A stretch of DNA of 25,356 bases from a virus (Duplodnaviria > Caudoviricetes): the IMG/VR virus record IMGVR_UViG_3300046779_001537, positions 1 to 25,356 of that record. One strand, 5' to 3'. The notes beneath the pieces were generated by a model. It did not search any database, was not told the DNA's origin, and worked only from the letters and a program-made list of their open reading frames with translations. This document shows positions 8,633 to 19,400 of this stretch, piece by piece; the stretch's first letter is position 1, and every line of letters starts with the position of its first letter. Position numbers and translations under genes: made by a program.

Positions 8633-11600
8633 TTATTGTTGATAATCCAAATCAGAGTCCCAAGAATTAGCAAAGTATGCTTGTGCAAGTGCTACTCCTG
8701 TTAACGGAGCATTAAATCTCATAGAAACTCCAACATTAATTTTTCCGTTGGTTGTAGTACTGATTAAATTTGGTCCTACAACCACCGTGCCCGCAGTTAA
8801 AATAGTGGTAAAAGCATCGGACCCGCCACCGCTGATTCTTGATGTCAAGTATGCTTTAATTGCCCGCTGAGTTGGAACAATATTGTTACTGTCAGCTGTA
8901 AATGTAGCATCAGTACTGAATTCTCTAATAACTGTTCCAGTCCCTCCGACACTAACTCCGCCTAGACGTAGTTCCTCTAAACCGCCAAGGTTAAACAAAC
9001 TGGCACTAATTGTTACCGTGCCTGTTGCTTGTTCAACTTTAAACAGTTCGCCAACTCTAAAGTTACCATCTTGGTCGGTACTGGTGTAGAACACGCGACC
9101 TCCGCCAACTTCGTAAACTTCGTTCTCTGGAGATGGCACAAAGTTGTAATTTTTATATAAGTCAGGATAATCTGTGTTTATGAAGCTTCCAGTACCGATA
9201 TCTAAGAAGTCATGTCCAGTTAGTCGAACTTGACTATAATTTTGTCTAATCAATATTGCTGTGCCATGTGCTGGACTTTCTTCTATTCCTAATGTTGGAG
9301 AAATAGTTAATCTTACATCAAACGACGGAGATGCTCCTGATGATTGAACCGTAATCACTTTGTAAATTACATCATTAATACCACTAATAGTCAAGTTGTC
9401 TCCTGGTCCAGGAACTCTTGATACATTTGATAATACTAAAGTGTCGCCTAATTGGTACTTGTCTGCAAGACCGGCTCCGACAATAGTTACTCTGGTTGAT
9501 GTAGTTTTATAATTAGTTCCCCTACTTACCCAGTTTACTGGTCCTAATACGCCGTTATTAACTCTTGCTTGTAACACTGCTTCGCTGGTGTTATTAGGAT
9601 CGGTAAGAGTCACTGTTGGTGCTGATCCGTAACCGCTACCACAGTCCCAAATTTTAATTAAATTAATTTTTCCTGCAACTATGTTTGCTCTTCCTTGCGC
9701 ACGAGTTCCGGATGGTGGAGCACTAAATGTTACCCTAGGTTCAATACTATACCTTGTAGTAGTATCAAGTGTAGGTTCGATACTAAATCCAGCAACATGG
9801 TCCCACCCAGGAGTATCATCTGATTCTTTATAGATAGTGGCAACTTTAGTTGAATCATCATATGCTTGAATATATCCGTATTGTCCTGTTCCGGTACCGC
9901 TTACGATTAACAGTCTCATACCATTATAGTTAGTAAATGTATTGGTATCATTACCTGCTAATGTTATTGTTAAATTATCACCAGCTTGAGCATTATTGAC
10001 CACATTTAAATATCCGCCGCCGCCTGCTTGACTACTATCACCTGGAGTGTAAATTCTTACTTCTGACACTGCTCCGTTTTTAACATCTGGTGCGGCACTG
10101 GCTCCTGTGCCTGCACCAGTAAATGTGTATGTAGCAGTATTATTATAATCTTGTCCGCAATGGCTGTATTCTAAAATTAGAATTTGGTCGCCAGCTTGAT
10201 CACTTAGCGCACTTTCTACGGTCGCTTCAGTTGATCTGTTATTAACAACTCCTGTAATTGGGATTTCAGCAAGACTAACACCCTCACTTACACACCCATA
10301 TGTTCCGTACGAGCTATTACCGTTCGTGGCACGTATTTTTCCGCCATTTTCTGCCAGATATCCAATGTGTCCGTAATAGGAGAACACGCTGACTAATTCG
10401 CTTCTTCCTAAATTTGTAACCCAAGCACCAATTCCATCGCTTAGTACTTGTGTGAAGTCGTTGGCAACGATTGATCTGTTGCCGCCGTCGTGCAAGTTTC
10501 CATCAACTTTTAATCCAACACAAGCAGTACCGAATGTAGTAACGTTTTGAATATATGGACTTCTTGTAGTAATCCATACAGAAGTATCATTAGTTCCGGT
10601 GCCTGGATCTAAACTAACGTATGCTCCAGCTGTTGGGCGTCTTGTTAGATATTGATTTAATGCACCTAATGTTCCAGACAATCCTGATAAAGTTAAATTC
10701 CTTATCCCCGATGCATTTCTAACATAAAACATATCCGATGTTTCATACCCAGACGCTGGGGAAATTGTTACACTTCTTAATTCATCACCTACTAATGCAA
10801 CTCCTGCTGGGATACGTATAGGTAATATCTCTTCGTAATAGCCAGTTTTAATAAAGATAGTTGCAGGACCAGTTATATTTTCACAGGCATACTTGATAGT
10901 TCTCCAAGGTGATTCTAATGTAGATCCGTAATCTGAATCATCAACACCGTCTAAAGAAACATAATAAACTTTATTAATTTCTCCAAGAGTGTGCCAATCA
11001 ACAAAATTAGCATCGTTTCTTAAAACCTGTCCTGGTGTACCAATAGGATATCTTGTAGAACCTATAGTACTTCCATCCTCGGTAATACCATATGTTTTTA
11101 TATCTCCACGATCTCTTAATCTATTATTTGTATCTCCTTGAGAATACAGTCTCCAATAATCAACAGAAGTTGCATAGTCCGGTCTTAATAAAGCTGTTGA
11201 TGTATGCGGTTGAATACACTCATATGCAAACAAATCAAATGTTACAATGTCGTTCAACAAATATGAGGTACTAACTGCCCATCTGTTTCTCCATCTAATA
11301 GACGTAGTTACTGTTTCCCAATAAGAAGTATTAGTTGTATCTACTCCAGATGCGTCTTGAATACAGGCATATAAATTTCCTCCTGCTCTCACAACATCAC
11401 CAACCTTATAGTTAGTTGAAGAACTGTAAGAATTTCTGTAGTTGTAACCTATACTTAATAGTTCCCAATCTAAAGGACTGACAGCCGGATTACTGGCTTG
11501 ACTTATCGTAATAGCAACGTAAGAGTAGCCTCCGTATTTTACTACATCACCGATCTGATATCTTGTAACTTGATCCCATTGGTTGTCATATTCAAGTCCT

Positions 11601-12325
11601 GGAGCATACACAGTAAAAAATGCTTGATTGAATGTTCCGCCGGATGTATGATATCCAGTACAAATCCAAACCCTTGCTCCCCACTTGACAATGTCGTTTA
11701 ATTTATATCTAACGCTGGTATCCCAGTCGCTTTTATATTCTATGCCGCTGTGTACAACTTCCCATTTCGCTTGGTCATATTCTAATCCCAATGCTGCTGA
11801 TATAGAAGAAATGTGAGCAGTGATACATCTATAAACGATGCCTCCATACTTAACAATGTCGTTAATTCTATAAGGACTATTTGTTTGCCAGTTTATTTTC
11901 CAATCTTCTGTTTTTGCTAAGATTGCCCAGTCGGCAATGTCTTCTTCTAAACCGTAGTCGGCTACTAATGTGCTGTCTACACCAAATAAACTCTGTGATG
12001 TGTGTTGAGCAGTGCATCTATAAACGATGCCGCCATACTTAACAACATCATTTAAACTGTAAGGAATATCAGCTTGCCAGTCTCCTACCCAAGCAAACCC
12101 GTCGAGCATTTGTTCCCATCTTGGAGCTGGTTCTGGCGGAATAGTTCCTGGAACCGTGGCTGCTAAATCAGCGTAAAATCCTCCACCTGATTCTGAATTA
12201 TGTTCTAACAAGCAAACATAAACTTTACCACCATAAGCTACTATGTCGTCTGGATAATAAACATTTCCAGAACTCCAATCACCTTTCCAAGTGTACTTTA
12301 ATCTACTAATTTTAAAATCGGCCAT
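8633..12325 (-). CDS. Large virion structural protein: 7 CBM5/12-like repeats plus beta-helix-like core; paralog of 2896..8565
   Basis: 1230 aa with a GGGG SD. It is collinear with the 1889-aa protein from MA[DE]F..R through YSQVRLTGHDFLDIGTG and FYTSTDQDGNFRVG to PTQRAIKAY. Confidence 0.8.
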   Translation of the reverse strand: MADFKISRLKYTWKGDWSSGNVYYPDDIVAYGGKVYVCLLEHNSESGGGFYADLAATVPGTIPPEPAPRWEQMLDGFAWVGDWQADIPYSLNDVVKYGGIVYRCTAQHTSQSLFGVDSTLVADYGLEEDIADWAILAKTEDWKINWQTNSPYRINDIVKYGGIVYRCITAHISSISAALGLEYDQAKWEVVHSGIEYKSDWDTSVRYKLNDIVKWGARVWICTGYHTSGGTFNQAFFTVYAPGLEYDNQWDQVTRYQIGDVVKYGGYSYVAITISQASNPAVSPLDWELLSIGYNYRNSYSSSTNYKVGDVVRAGGNLYACIQDASGVDTTNTSYWETVTTSIRWRNRWAVSTSYLLNDIVTFDLFAYECIQPHTSTALLRPDYATSVDYWRLYSQGDTNNRLRDRGDIKTYGITEDGSTIGSTRYPIGTPGQVLRNDANFVDWHTLGEINKVYYVSLDGVDDSDYGSTLESPWRTIKYACENITGPATIFIKTGYYEEILPIRIPAGVALVGDELRSVTISPASGYETSDMFYVRNASGIRNLTLSGLSGTLGALNQYLTRRPTAGAYVSLDPGTGTNDTSVWITTRSPYIQNVTTFGTACVGLKVDGNLHDGGNRSIVANDFTQVLSDGIGAWVTNLGRSELVSVFSYYGHIGYLAENGGKIRATNGNSSYGTYGCVSEGVSLAEIPITGVVNNRSTEATVESALSDQAGDQILILEYSHCGQDYNNTATYTFTGAGTGASAAPDVKNGAVSEVRIYTPGDSSQAGGGGYLNVVNNAQAGDNLTITLAGNDTNTFTNYNGMRLLIVSGTGTGQYGYIQAYDDSTKVATIYKESDDTPGWDHVAGFSIEPTLDTTTRYSIEPRVTFSAPPSGTRAQGRANIVAGKINLIKIWDCGSGYGSAPTVTLTDPNNTSEAVLQARVNNGVLGPVNWVSRGTNYKTTSTRVTIVGAGLADKYQLGDTLVLSNVSRVPGPGDNLTISGINDVIYKVITVQSSGASPSFDVRLTISPTLGIEESPAHGTAILIRQNYSQVRLTGHDFLDIGTGSFINTDYPDLYKNYNFVPSPENEVYEVGGGRVFYTSTDQDGNFRVGELFKVEQATGTVTISASLFNLGGLEELRLGGVSVGGTGTVIREFSTDATFTADSNNIVPTQRAIKAYLTSRISGGGSDAFTTILTAGTVVVGPNLISTTTNGKINVGVSMRFNAPLTGVALAQAYFANSWDSDLDYQQ
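11198..12289 (-). repeat. Seven tandem CBM5/12-like protein repeats
   Basis: Same consensus as 7483..8529; seven units counted. Confidence 0.75.
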
Positions 12326-12346
12326 TTTAACCCCAAATCTTTCAAA

Positions 12347-12354
12347 TATTTATA
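12347..12354 (-). promoter_or_regulatory. T4-type late promoter TATAAATA
   Basis: Perfect match overlapping the TAA stop of 12350..12709, about 22 nt upstream of the 12325 ATG. Confidence 0.7.
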
Positions 12355-12709
12355 TACCGGTTGGATAGTCGTATTTTTGATTAATTCTGACTATTAACTC
12401 ACCGTTTTCATTTACATAATATAACAAACTGCGATTGTCCCAACGATATTGTTCCCACTTTAAGTTTTCATAAACTATTTGATGTTTTACATTTCGCCCT
12501 TCGTAAAAATCAATACCAGGTTCAAACTCGGTAAAGTTTTCTTCTTCTGGTCCTGCTACGTTAATTTCCAACTGATCATCTTGATTCAGTTGATTAACTT
12601 TACCTAAATATAATTGTCCTTGAGCAGTACGACGCAGTCCGTAAAAATACTTCGGTATACTACCAATAATCGCTTCTTGATCTGATCCAAAAAAGTAATT
12701 GCTTGCCAT
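12350..12709 (-). CDS. Hypothetical protein, probably virion-associated
   Basis: 119 aa, aromatic-rich, TAAGGA SD, tightly packed in the structural operon. No recognised catalytic motif. Confidence 0.7.
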   Translation of the reverse strand: MASNYFFGSDQEAIIGSIPKYFYGLRRTAQGQLYLGKVNQLNQDDQLEINVAGPEEENFTEFEPGIDFYEGRNVKHQIVYENLKWEQYRWDNRSLLYYVNENGELIVRINQKYDYPTGI

Positions 12710-12720
12710 TTTATTTTTCC

Positions 12721-13050
12721 TTATACAACTTCAGCATAGCTGACTACAGCATCAATACTATCTTCTGTATTACTCACTATTCGTAATCCGCATTGTTCTG
12801 CTAAAATTAATTTTTCTCCGTTGGTAATAACTTTAACACTGGTGTTTTCTGGTATAACTATTCCTCTAACATAATATGCAATTGTGCTACTTGCATCTAC
12901 AACATAAATGTCTACGGTCACAGGATCGTCAATAACATTTGCCAGGTTACAGCCAATAACAGTGAATCTGTTATTTGCCACTGTCTGTATAACATCTGCT
13001 GGTGTAGTTCCTATATTTTTAACTACTCGTGTTCTTAAATAGGTTGCCAT
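12721..13050 (-). CDS. ~110-aa small beta-sandwich-like virion protein (family copy 2)
   Basis: 109 aa: TVIGCNLAN...VIPENTSVKV...EKLILAE...IDAVVSYAE, the same pattern as 2562..2882 and 20139..20471. Confidence 0.75.
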   Translation of the reverse strand: MATYLRTRVVKNIGTTPADVIQTVANNRFTVIGCNLANVIDDPVTVDIYVVDASSTIAYYVRGIVIPENTSVKVITNGEKLILAEQCGLRIVSNTEDSIDAVVSYAEVV

Positions 13051-13053
13051 ATT

Positions 13054-16000
13054 TTATCCAAAAAGTAATACTTGTGCTATCGCAATTTCTGTTGCTTGAT
13101 CTGCGTTAATACCAGAACCAGTACCTGCTACACTGATCCAGGCACCGCCGTCATAGATTTCTACAAATCCTAAATTCGTGTTATATCTCATCATGCCTAA
13201 CTGAGGGCTTCCTGGTCTTTGGAAATCATCGCCTGATGGAATAACTACTGCGTTTGTTCCAACAATATGATAATATCCGTCTCCAGTGCTTTGTAGTTCT
13301 GTAACAGCATTTAAGTTAGTGTTTGTAATCGTGTTAGTTGTTATTCTAAATCCATCAATTACAACAGCACCAGTTCCGTTAGGTCTTAATTCTAAATTAG
13401 CATTAGTAGAATTAGTTAGAATCTGATTACCATTAATTGTTATTTGATCAACAGTTAACTGATTAAGATTAAATTCTGTACTATCAAGAGTAGCGGCTAA
13501 ATTACCATCAGCATAAAAATATAAAGTATTTTCGTTAGAACCAGGACTTAATTCGGGTATAATGTAGGTATTTCTATCTGCATCTATAACACTACCAAAT
13601 TGTATCCAAGCTGTTCCAGTATAGCCTTCAAATCGATTTACAGTAGTATTAAATCTAATCATACCTGCTTCTGGTACAACAGGTCGTTGTGCGTCTGTAC
13701 CTGAAGGCAATGTAAGTGCTTGATCACTATTAATTCTTACAATGCCAGTTCCGCTTGGAGTTAGTGTAATATCTTGTCCAGGAACCAGTCCACTGATTGT
13801 GCTGCCTTGTACACTTAGATTTTCAAATAATACTGCTCCTGCACCGTTGGCACGTAACTCTAAATTACTGTTTGATAACGAAGTTCTAATTACATTACCT
13901 TGAATAATAATATCATCAGTGGTAAATGTTCCAGATTGTACAGAACTACTAACAGACAAACTGCCTACATTTAAATTCCCGCTAACTGTAGCATTGGTCA
14001 TAGTAGTATTACCAATCACAGTTACATTTTGATTTACTATTAAATTATCATTAGCAATTAAAACTTGTCCGGTACCGTTCGCTCTTAATTCTAAATCAGC
14101 ATTCGACGTTGTAGTAGTAATTAAATTACCGCTAATACGAATGCTATCGACATCTGCTTGTGCAAAATATGCATTTCTCCAAGAATATGTTGGAGATCCT
14201 AAGTCATATGCTGCGTTCACATTCGGAATTAAATTACTGGCTATTCTTGAATTTAACGTAACTGTGTCGGCAATGCTGTCACCAATTGTGGTATTTCCTT
14301 GAACAGTAAAATTTTCCTGTAAATTTACAGTGCCGTTAATAGTAGCATTGCTGGTTAAATTAATTTGATTACTGGCTGCTGTTAAATTAATTGGGCCTGA
14401 TAAGCTCTCAATAGTATTTCCACTGATTCTAATATTACCAGTTTCTACTTTAGTAGGATTTACAATTGTAGTGTTTACGCCATCAGTAAATGTTACACCT
14501 GCACTACTTTGAACTTGAAAACTGTTTACATCAAAAGTAATATTTCCTGTTGATTGCTCGACTAAGAAATAATCGCCGACTCTAAAGTCTCCTTTAGCAT
14601 CTACACTGGTATAAAATATTTCAGCACGATTTAATTCAACTACTTCGTTGGCTTGAATAACAGTTAAAGGATCATTAGTAACTTCTTTTCCGTTACCAAC
14701 GTAGGCAAAGTTTGTACCAATTAGGTATGCTATAACTCCTTCGCCGTCGCCGTAGGCTCCGTAGTTACCGTACACACAGGCACTGCCAATACTTCTAAGT
14801 TCAACACCAAAGTCGCTGTAGTCTGCCCAAGCCAAATGACTGGCTGTTTGTCCGCCACTGAACGTAATAACCTGTTGATTTTCTGTGTCTGGTGGGCTTA
14901 GACTTTCTTCAAATCCAGAAACTTTTCCGTCAATTACAATGTTTGTATAAGGTGCGGCATAGGTAAAACTTTCAATAGTGCCTGTTGTAGATGTAGCTGG
15001 ATTAGCACTGACATTTTCAACTGTAATAGTATCACCAACAATTAATGTTTGTGCGCTGATACCGTAGACTTTTAATCTTGTTTTGCCGTCACCAGCAAAT
15101 CCTGAGCTACTACTTAATAAATTTAATCCTTTGTTAGCAAAATATGTAAAACAATTTAACCATTCTACACGAACACCGTTTGTTGCAGTTAGCGCATCAA
15201 CACCTGGACAGATAAATGTTACACTATGAAACAAGCCACTGGCTTCTTTGCTGGCAGCATTAACAATACTTCCGTCTAAATATGCGCCTTTGCCTGCGTC
15301 ACCTGTTAAAAATCCTCTTGGATCGCTGGGACTGGTCACGCTGCCTGTGGTAAGCACTGTTACATTTCTGATGTAAGGACTGCGGCTTGTGACCGTCATT
15401 CCTGGAGCGAATCTAAATGCGTATCCAGTATTCGTTCCAGAGTCAAATCTAAAACCGCTAACAGTTAAATCTTCAACTGTGGTTTCACCGTTCAATAAAA
15501 ATACATCAACAGTTAAATCACTATCTGGTTGAATAGTAACACTACGTATACCAGCGCCTTTGACAGTTACACCAGCTGGCACAGTCAATGGTAGAGCTTC
15601 AGAATATGTACCTGGATAGATATAAACAGTGTCTCCGGCAGTGGCTAAATCTAATGCGCGACCAATACTGCTTAATGGATCATTCTGATGTGTGCCTGAA
15701 TTACCGTCGTCGCCATTTAATGCAACATAGTAAATGTTACCTTGACGCAGAGCAATGTCAATACCGTCAACAGTAATAGCTCCAGTAACCACAGCATCAG
15801 CGTGTAGTGTTCCAACCCAAATGTCTTTCCAGCGTTTTGACGGAGCTCCTAATTGAAAAGTATTATCAATATCAGGAATAATATTACTTGCAATATCTGC
15901 ATTAAATGTAATATTGTCAGTATTGGCATCTCCTAATGTTAAATTACCGTCAGCAGTAATAGTTCCCGTGGCGTGTAAATTACCTATAACTTCGGTATTA

Positions 16001-16407
16001 GCATTAAGATTAATTTTGCCTGTACCTGAAGTAGTAAAGTTTAAATCAGCATTACTGTTTACAGTGGCAATTTGATTACCTTGAATTTGTATATCATCGA
16101 CTAATAATGTACTTTGATATACAACTTGCCCGCCAATAGTTGGGCTAAGATTCAATGTACCAGTCGTACTATAAATTTGATTATTGTCAAGTACTAAATC
16201 TCCGATGTTTGCAGAATTAAGTACTTCTAAAATACCGGTTCTGGTGGTTCCATTTACAGTTAAATCGTGTGTTGGGCTGCTTGTCTTGACACCTATTCGT
16301 CTATTATTAACGTCAAGATAAAGCAAATCTGTTTCGAAGGCAAGATTTATACCTTCTCTGATCAGATTTTCTTTAAGTAACGGACCTGAAATTTTACCAA
16401 TAGCCAT
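13054..16407 (-). CDS. Large fibre-like virion structural protein with beta-helix-like core; paralog of 16437..19532
   Basis: 1117 aa. It has a YYVALNGDD...GDTVYIYPGTY.E..PL.VP.GVTV.GAG.R motif, repeated I.GN.I.T..SNA[DN]LEL..NG.G units, and two P.G...QRP...GM.R[FY]N...E.Y.G.AW modules. Confidence 0.8.
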   Translation of the reverse strand: MAIGKISGPLLKENLIREGINLAFETDLLYLDVNNRRIGVKTSSPTHDLTVNGTTRTGILEVLNSANIGDLVLDNNQIYSTTGTLNLSPTIGGQVVYQSTLLVDDIQIQGNQIATVNSNADLNFTTSGTGKINLNANTEVIGNLHATGTITADGNLTLGDANTDNITFNADIASNIIPDIDNTFQLGAPSKRWKDIWVGTLHADAVVTGAITVDGIDIALRQGNIYYVALNGDDGNSGTHQNDPLSSIGRALDLATAGDTVYIYPGTYSEALPLTVPAGVTVKGAGIRSVTIQPDSDLTVDVFLLNGETTVEDLTVSGFRFDSGTNTGYAFRFAPGMTVTSRSPYIRNVTVLTTGSVTSPSDPRGFLTGDAGKGAYLDGSIVNAASKEASGLFHSVTFICPGVDALTATNGVRVEWLNCFTYFANKGLNLLSSSSGFAGDGKTRLKVYGISAQTLIVGDTITVENVSANPATSTTGTIESFTYAAPYTNIVIDGKVSGFEESLSPPDTENQQVITFSGGQTASHLAWADYSDFGVELRSIGSACVYGNYGAYGDGEGVIAYLIGTNFAYVGNGKEVTNDPLTVIQANEVVELNRAEIFYTSVDAKGDFRVGDYFLVEQSTGNITFDVNSFQVQSSAGVTFTDGVNTTIVNPTKVETGNIRISGNTIESLSGPINLTAASNQINLTSNATINGTVNLQENFTVQGNTTIGDSIADTVTLNSRIASNLIPNVNAAYDLGSPTYSWRNAYFAQADVDSIRISGNLITTTTSNADLELRANGTGQVLIANDNLIVNQNVTVIGNTTMTNATVSGNLNVGSLSVSSSVQSGTFTTDDIIIQGNVIRTSLSNSNLELRANGAGAVLFENLSVQGSTISGLVPGQDITLTPSGTGIVRINSDQALTLPSGTDAQRPVVPEAGMIRFNTTVNRFEGYTGTAWIQFGSVIDADRNTYIIPELSPGSNENTLYFYADGNLAATLDSTEFNLNQLTVDQITINGNQILTNSTNANLELRPNGTGAVVIDGFRITTNTITNTNLNAVTELQSTGDGYYHIVGTNAVVIPSGDDFQRPGSPQLGMMRYNTNLGFVEIYDGGAWISVAGTGSGINADQATEIAIAQVLLFG

Positions 16408-16427
16408 GAATTTTTACCCGGTTTTTA

Positions 16428-16435
16428 TATTTATC
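16428..16435 (-). promoter_or_regulatory. T4-type late promoter-like motif GATAAATA
   Basis: Lies in the 29-nt intergenic gap, about 21 nt upstream of the 16407 ATG. Confidence 0.6.
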
Positions 16436-16436
16436 G

Positions 16437-19400
16437 TTACCCTAAAATGAGTATCCACTGGTTCGTTATTTCCTCCATTTCTGCTGCTGTGATTCCTGAA
16501 AAATTTCCAACCATAGGAATGAAATTTAGCCCGTCAAATACTTCACCGGTCATTGTGTCCGTGTTAATCCTTGTTGCGCCAGTAGGAGGACTTACAGGTG
16601 CCTGAGAAGCGGCACCGTGTGGAACTCTAATAGCATTAGTTCCTGCAAATTTAACGTACCCTGAGCCAGTAGAATTTATAGTAGTTGCTTGATTTAGGCC
16701 TAAATTTGTTATTCTATTATTAAAAATATCAATGCTGTTTTTAATTATAACACTGCCTGTGCCACTTGGATAAATTTCTAAATCAGCATTTGAATTTATT
16801 GTGCTGATTTGATTTAGGTCTAATTGAATTTCGTCAATTCTAACTCTTTGATAATTTGCTTCTTGGCTGGTGATTGTTCCTCTAACTGTGCCGTTAATGG
16901 TCATTCTTATAATATTGTCGTTGGCGCCGGGAGTTAATTCTGCTGTTATAGATGTGTTAAGGTCAGTGTCGTTCAGTCCATGTAAAGTGTTAGTTGCTCC
17001 AGATATTCTTGATTGAAATAACGAACTTAGGTTATTAAATCTAATTTCACCAGCATTAGTTAGTGTTCTTGTAGTATTGTTTCCTACAGGAATTTTTAAA
17101 GTTTTATTAGAATTTAATTTAACACTGTTATTTGATACTGGAGAAAAAATAACAGATCTTTCTACTTCCGTTCCAGATACTTGTATATTTGAAATCGTGG
17201 AGTCCGTTATTCTTAATGATCCGTCGACAATAATTCCACCAGCACTATTAGCTCTAAATTCTAAATTGCTGTTAGATAAAGTGGTCTTAACAAGATTTCC
17301 AGCAATGATTATATCACCGTTATTAAATTCTGGTGCTACTAAGTTACTACTTTGAACCGGAGTAATTCCTGTAAAAGAAAAATTATCGCTATAAAGATTA
17401 TTATAATTTCCAGTACCGCTTACAGTGAAATTTTGTTCCAATCTTAGGCTGTCACTGACCCGTACACTACCCGCACCGTTGGCTCTTAACTCTAAATTAC
17501 TATTGCTTTCTGTAGTTGTGATTACGTTTGTGTCAATTAAAATTGTTCCAAGATCAAATTTAGCAGCATAAAGATTTTTAAAAAATTTTGAATTATCACC
17601 CAGTGCATAATCGGATGATGTAGGAATTATATCCCCAATAATCTTTGCATTTATTGCAGTTGTAGCCGTGTTGTTTGACGATGTTAAATTTTTAATTAAT
17701 GTAGTGTTTCCAGTAATAGTTAAAGATTTAGTGCTTGATACATTAGCATTAATTGAAGTATTATTATTAAATGAGACAAAATTTAAATTACCACTGTTAC
17801 TTTGAATAGTGTTCACACCAATAGTGATATTGCCTGTAGTAACTTCGTCTGCATCGATGTAAGTTACATTAGTACCATCGGTTACAGTTAAATTTGTTCC
17901 TGTAGTAACGATAGAATTTAAAGTAACTGTGCCTGTAGCACTTTCAATTGTAATTAAATCTCCAATTTTAAAATTACCTATTTGGTCAACACTTTGAAAA
18001 TATATTTTTCCGTTATTAAGTTCGGTAACTTCGTTAGCTTCAATTACGTTTGTAGGATCATTTGATGTATCTTTACCTGCACCAATATAACCAAAGTTAT
18101 GATTGATCAGGTACATTAAAGTTTCGTTGCCGTCGGCCCACGCTCCGTAATTTCCGTATACATTCGCACTGCCAATTACTCTAACTTCTGCTCCAAATTT
18201 TAGACCTAAATTAGCAAAACCAGCTGATCCATTTTCTGCGTAAAGACCTCTATTAGCATAGTAGACAAAACTATTAAGCCATTCTACCCTTACACCATTT
18301 TTCATCACAATACAATCTACACCAGGTGTAATAAATGTAGCAGAATGAAACAACATGCTGGCTTCTTTACTGGCAGCATTTGCTAACGATCCGTCTATTT
18401 TTGCTCCGCGGCCAGCATCTGCTTGATCAAACCCTCTTGGATCACTCACGCTGGTAATACTACCTTTGGTAATCACTGTGACGTTTTGTATGTAAGGACT
18501 TCTACTTGTAACATTAAATCCTGAAGTAAATGCAAATGCATATCCTTTATCATTTAAACTATCGTAGTAAAAATCTGCTACTGTAAGATCACTAATTGTA
18601 GTTTCGCCGTTAAGTTGGAATACATCTTCGTGTGTGCTGGCAGTATCTGGAATAATTTTTACAGCTCTTACTCCTGCTCCTTGTACTGTTACACCTTGAG
18701 GTATCACAAGAGGAAATAATTCTACATAAGTTCCTGGATAGATAAAAACAGTGTCTCCAGAAGATGCTTGTGATAATGCCCATTCGATAGTAGCAAATGG
18801 TCCGTTAGGATGATCTCCAACATTACTGTTATTTCCGTTTAGTGCTACATACCAAATATTTCCTGCTCTGGTTCCTAAATCGACACCTGCTACTGTACTA
18901 CCGCCAGCAGAATAATTTGTGCCGTTAACTAAGTAAGTAAAAATATCTCCAAACTGTTTTGTGTTAGATCCGATGTCGTAAAAATTGTTAATATCTGGAA
19001 TTATATCGCTGGCTAATTCAGCGTTAAAATAAACATTGTCTGAATCATTATTGCCAATAATAAAATTACCGTCAAAGGTAATATCTCCAGTGGCATGCAA
19101 GTTTCCAAAAACTTCAACATCAGCATCCAGTACAATATTTCCTGCTCCAGCAGGAACAAGATTAATATTGTTGTTTAAAATTTTATTAGTGATTGTGTTA
19201 CCGTCAACACTAAGATTAGCAGTGTCTAACTGTTTTGTGGTAATTTTAGGATTTACACCTGAAGCTGAGAGATATAAGTTTGAATCACTGTCGATTGTAT
19301 TACCTGAAAGTAATAAATCTTCTAACTCGAATGATGTATCGACTATTAAGGAAGTTGTTTTAACATCTTGATTTATTAATAGCGTTCTAAACGGCGTGTC

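Noticed and set aside
2896-12325. Calling the CBM/Asp-box proteins chitinases or sialidases
   Set aside because: Only repeat motifs are visible. No catalytic signature (for example GH18 DxDxE or the sialidase RIP motif) was recognised.
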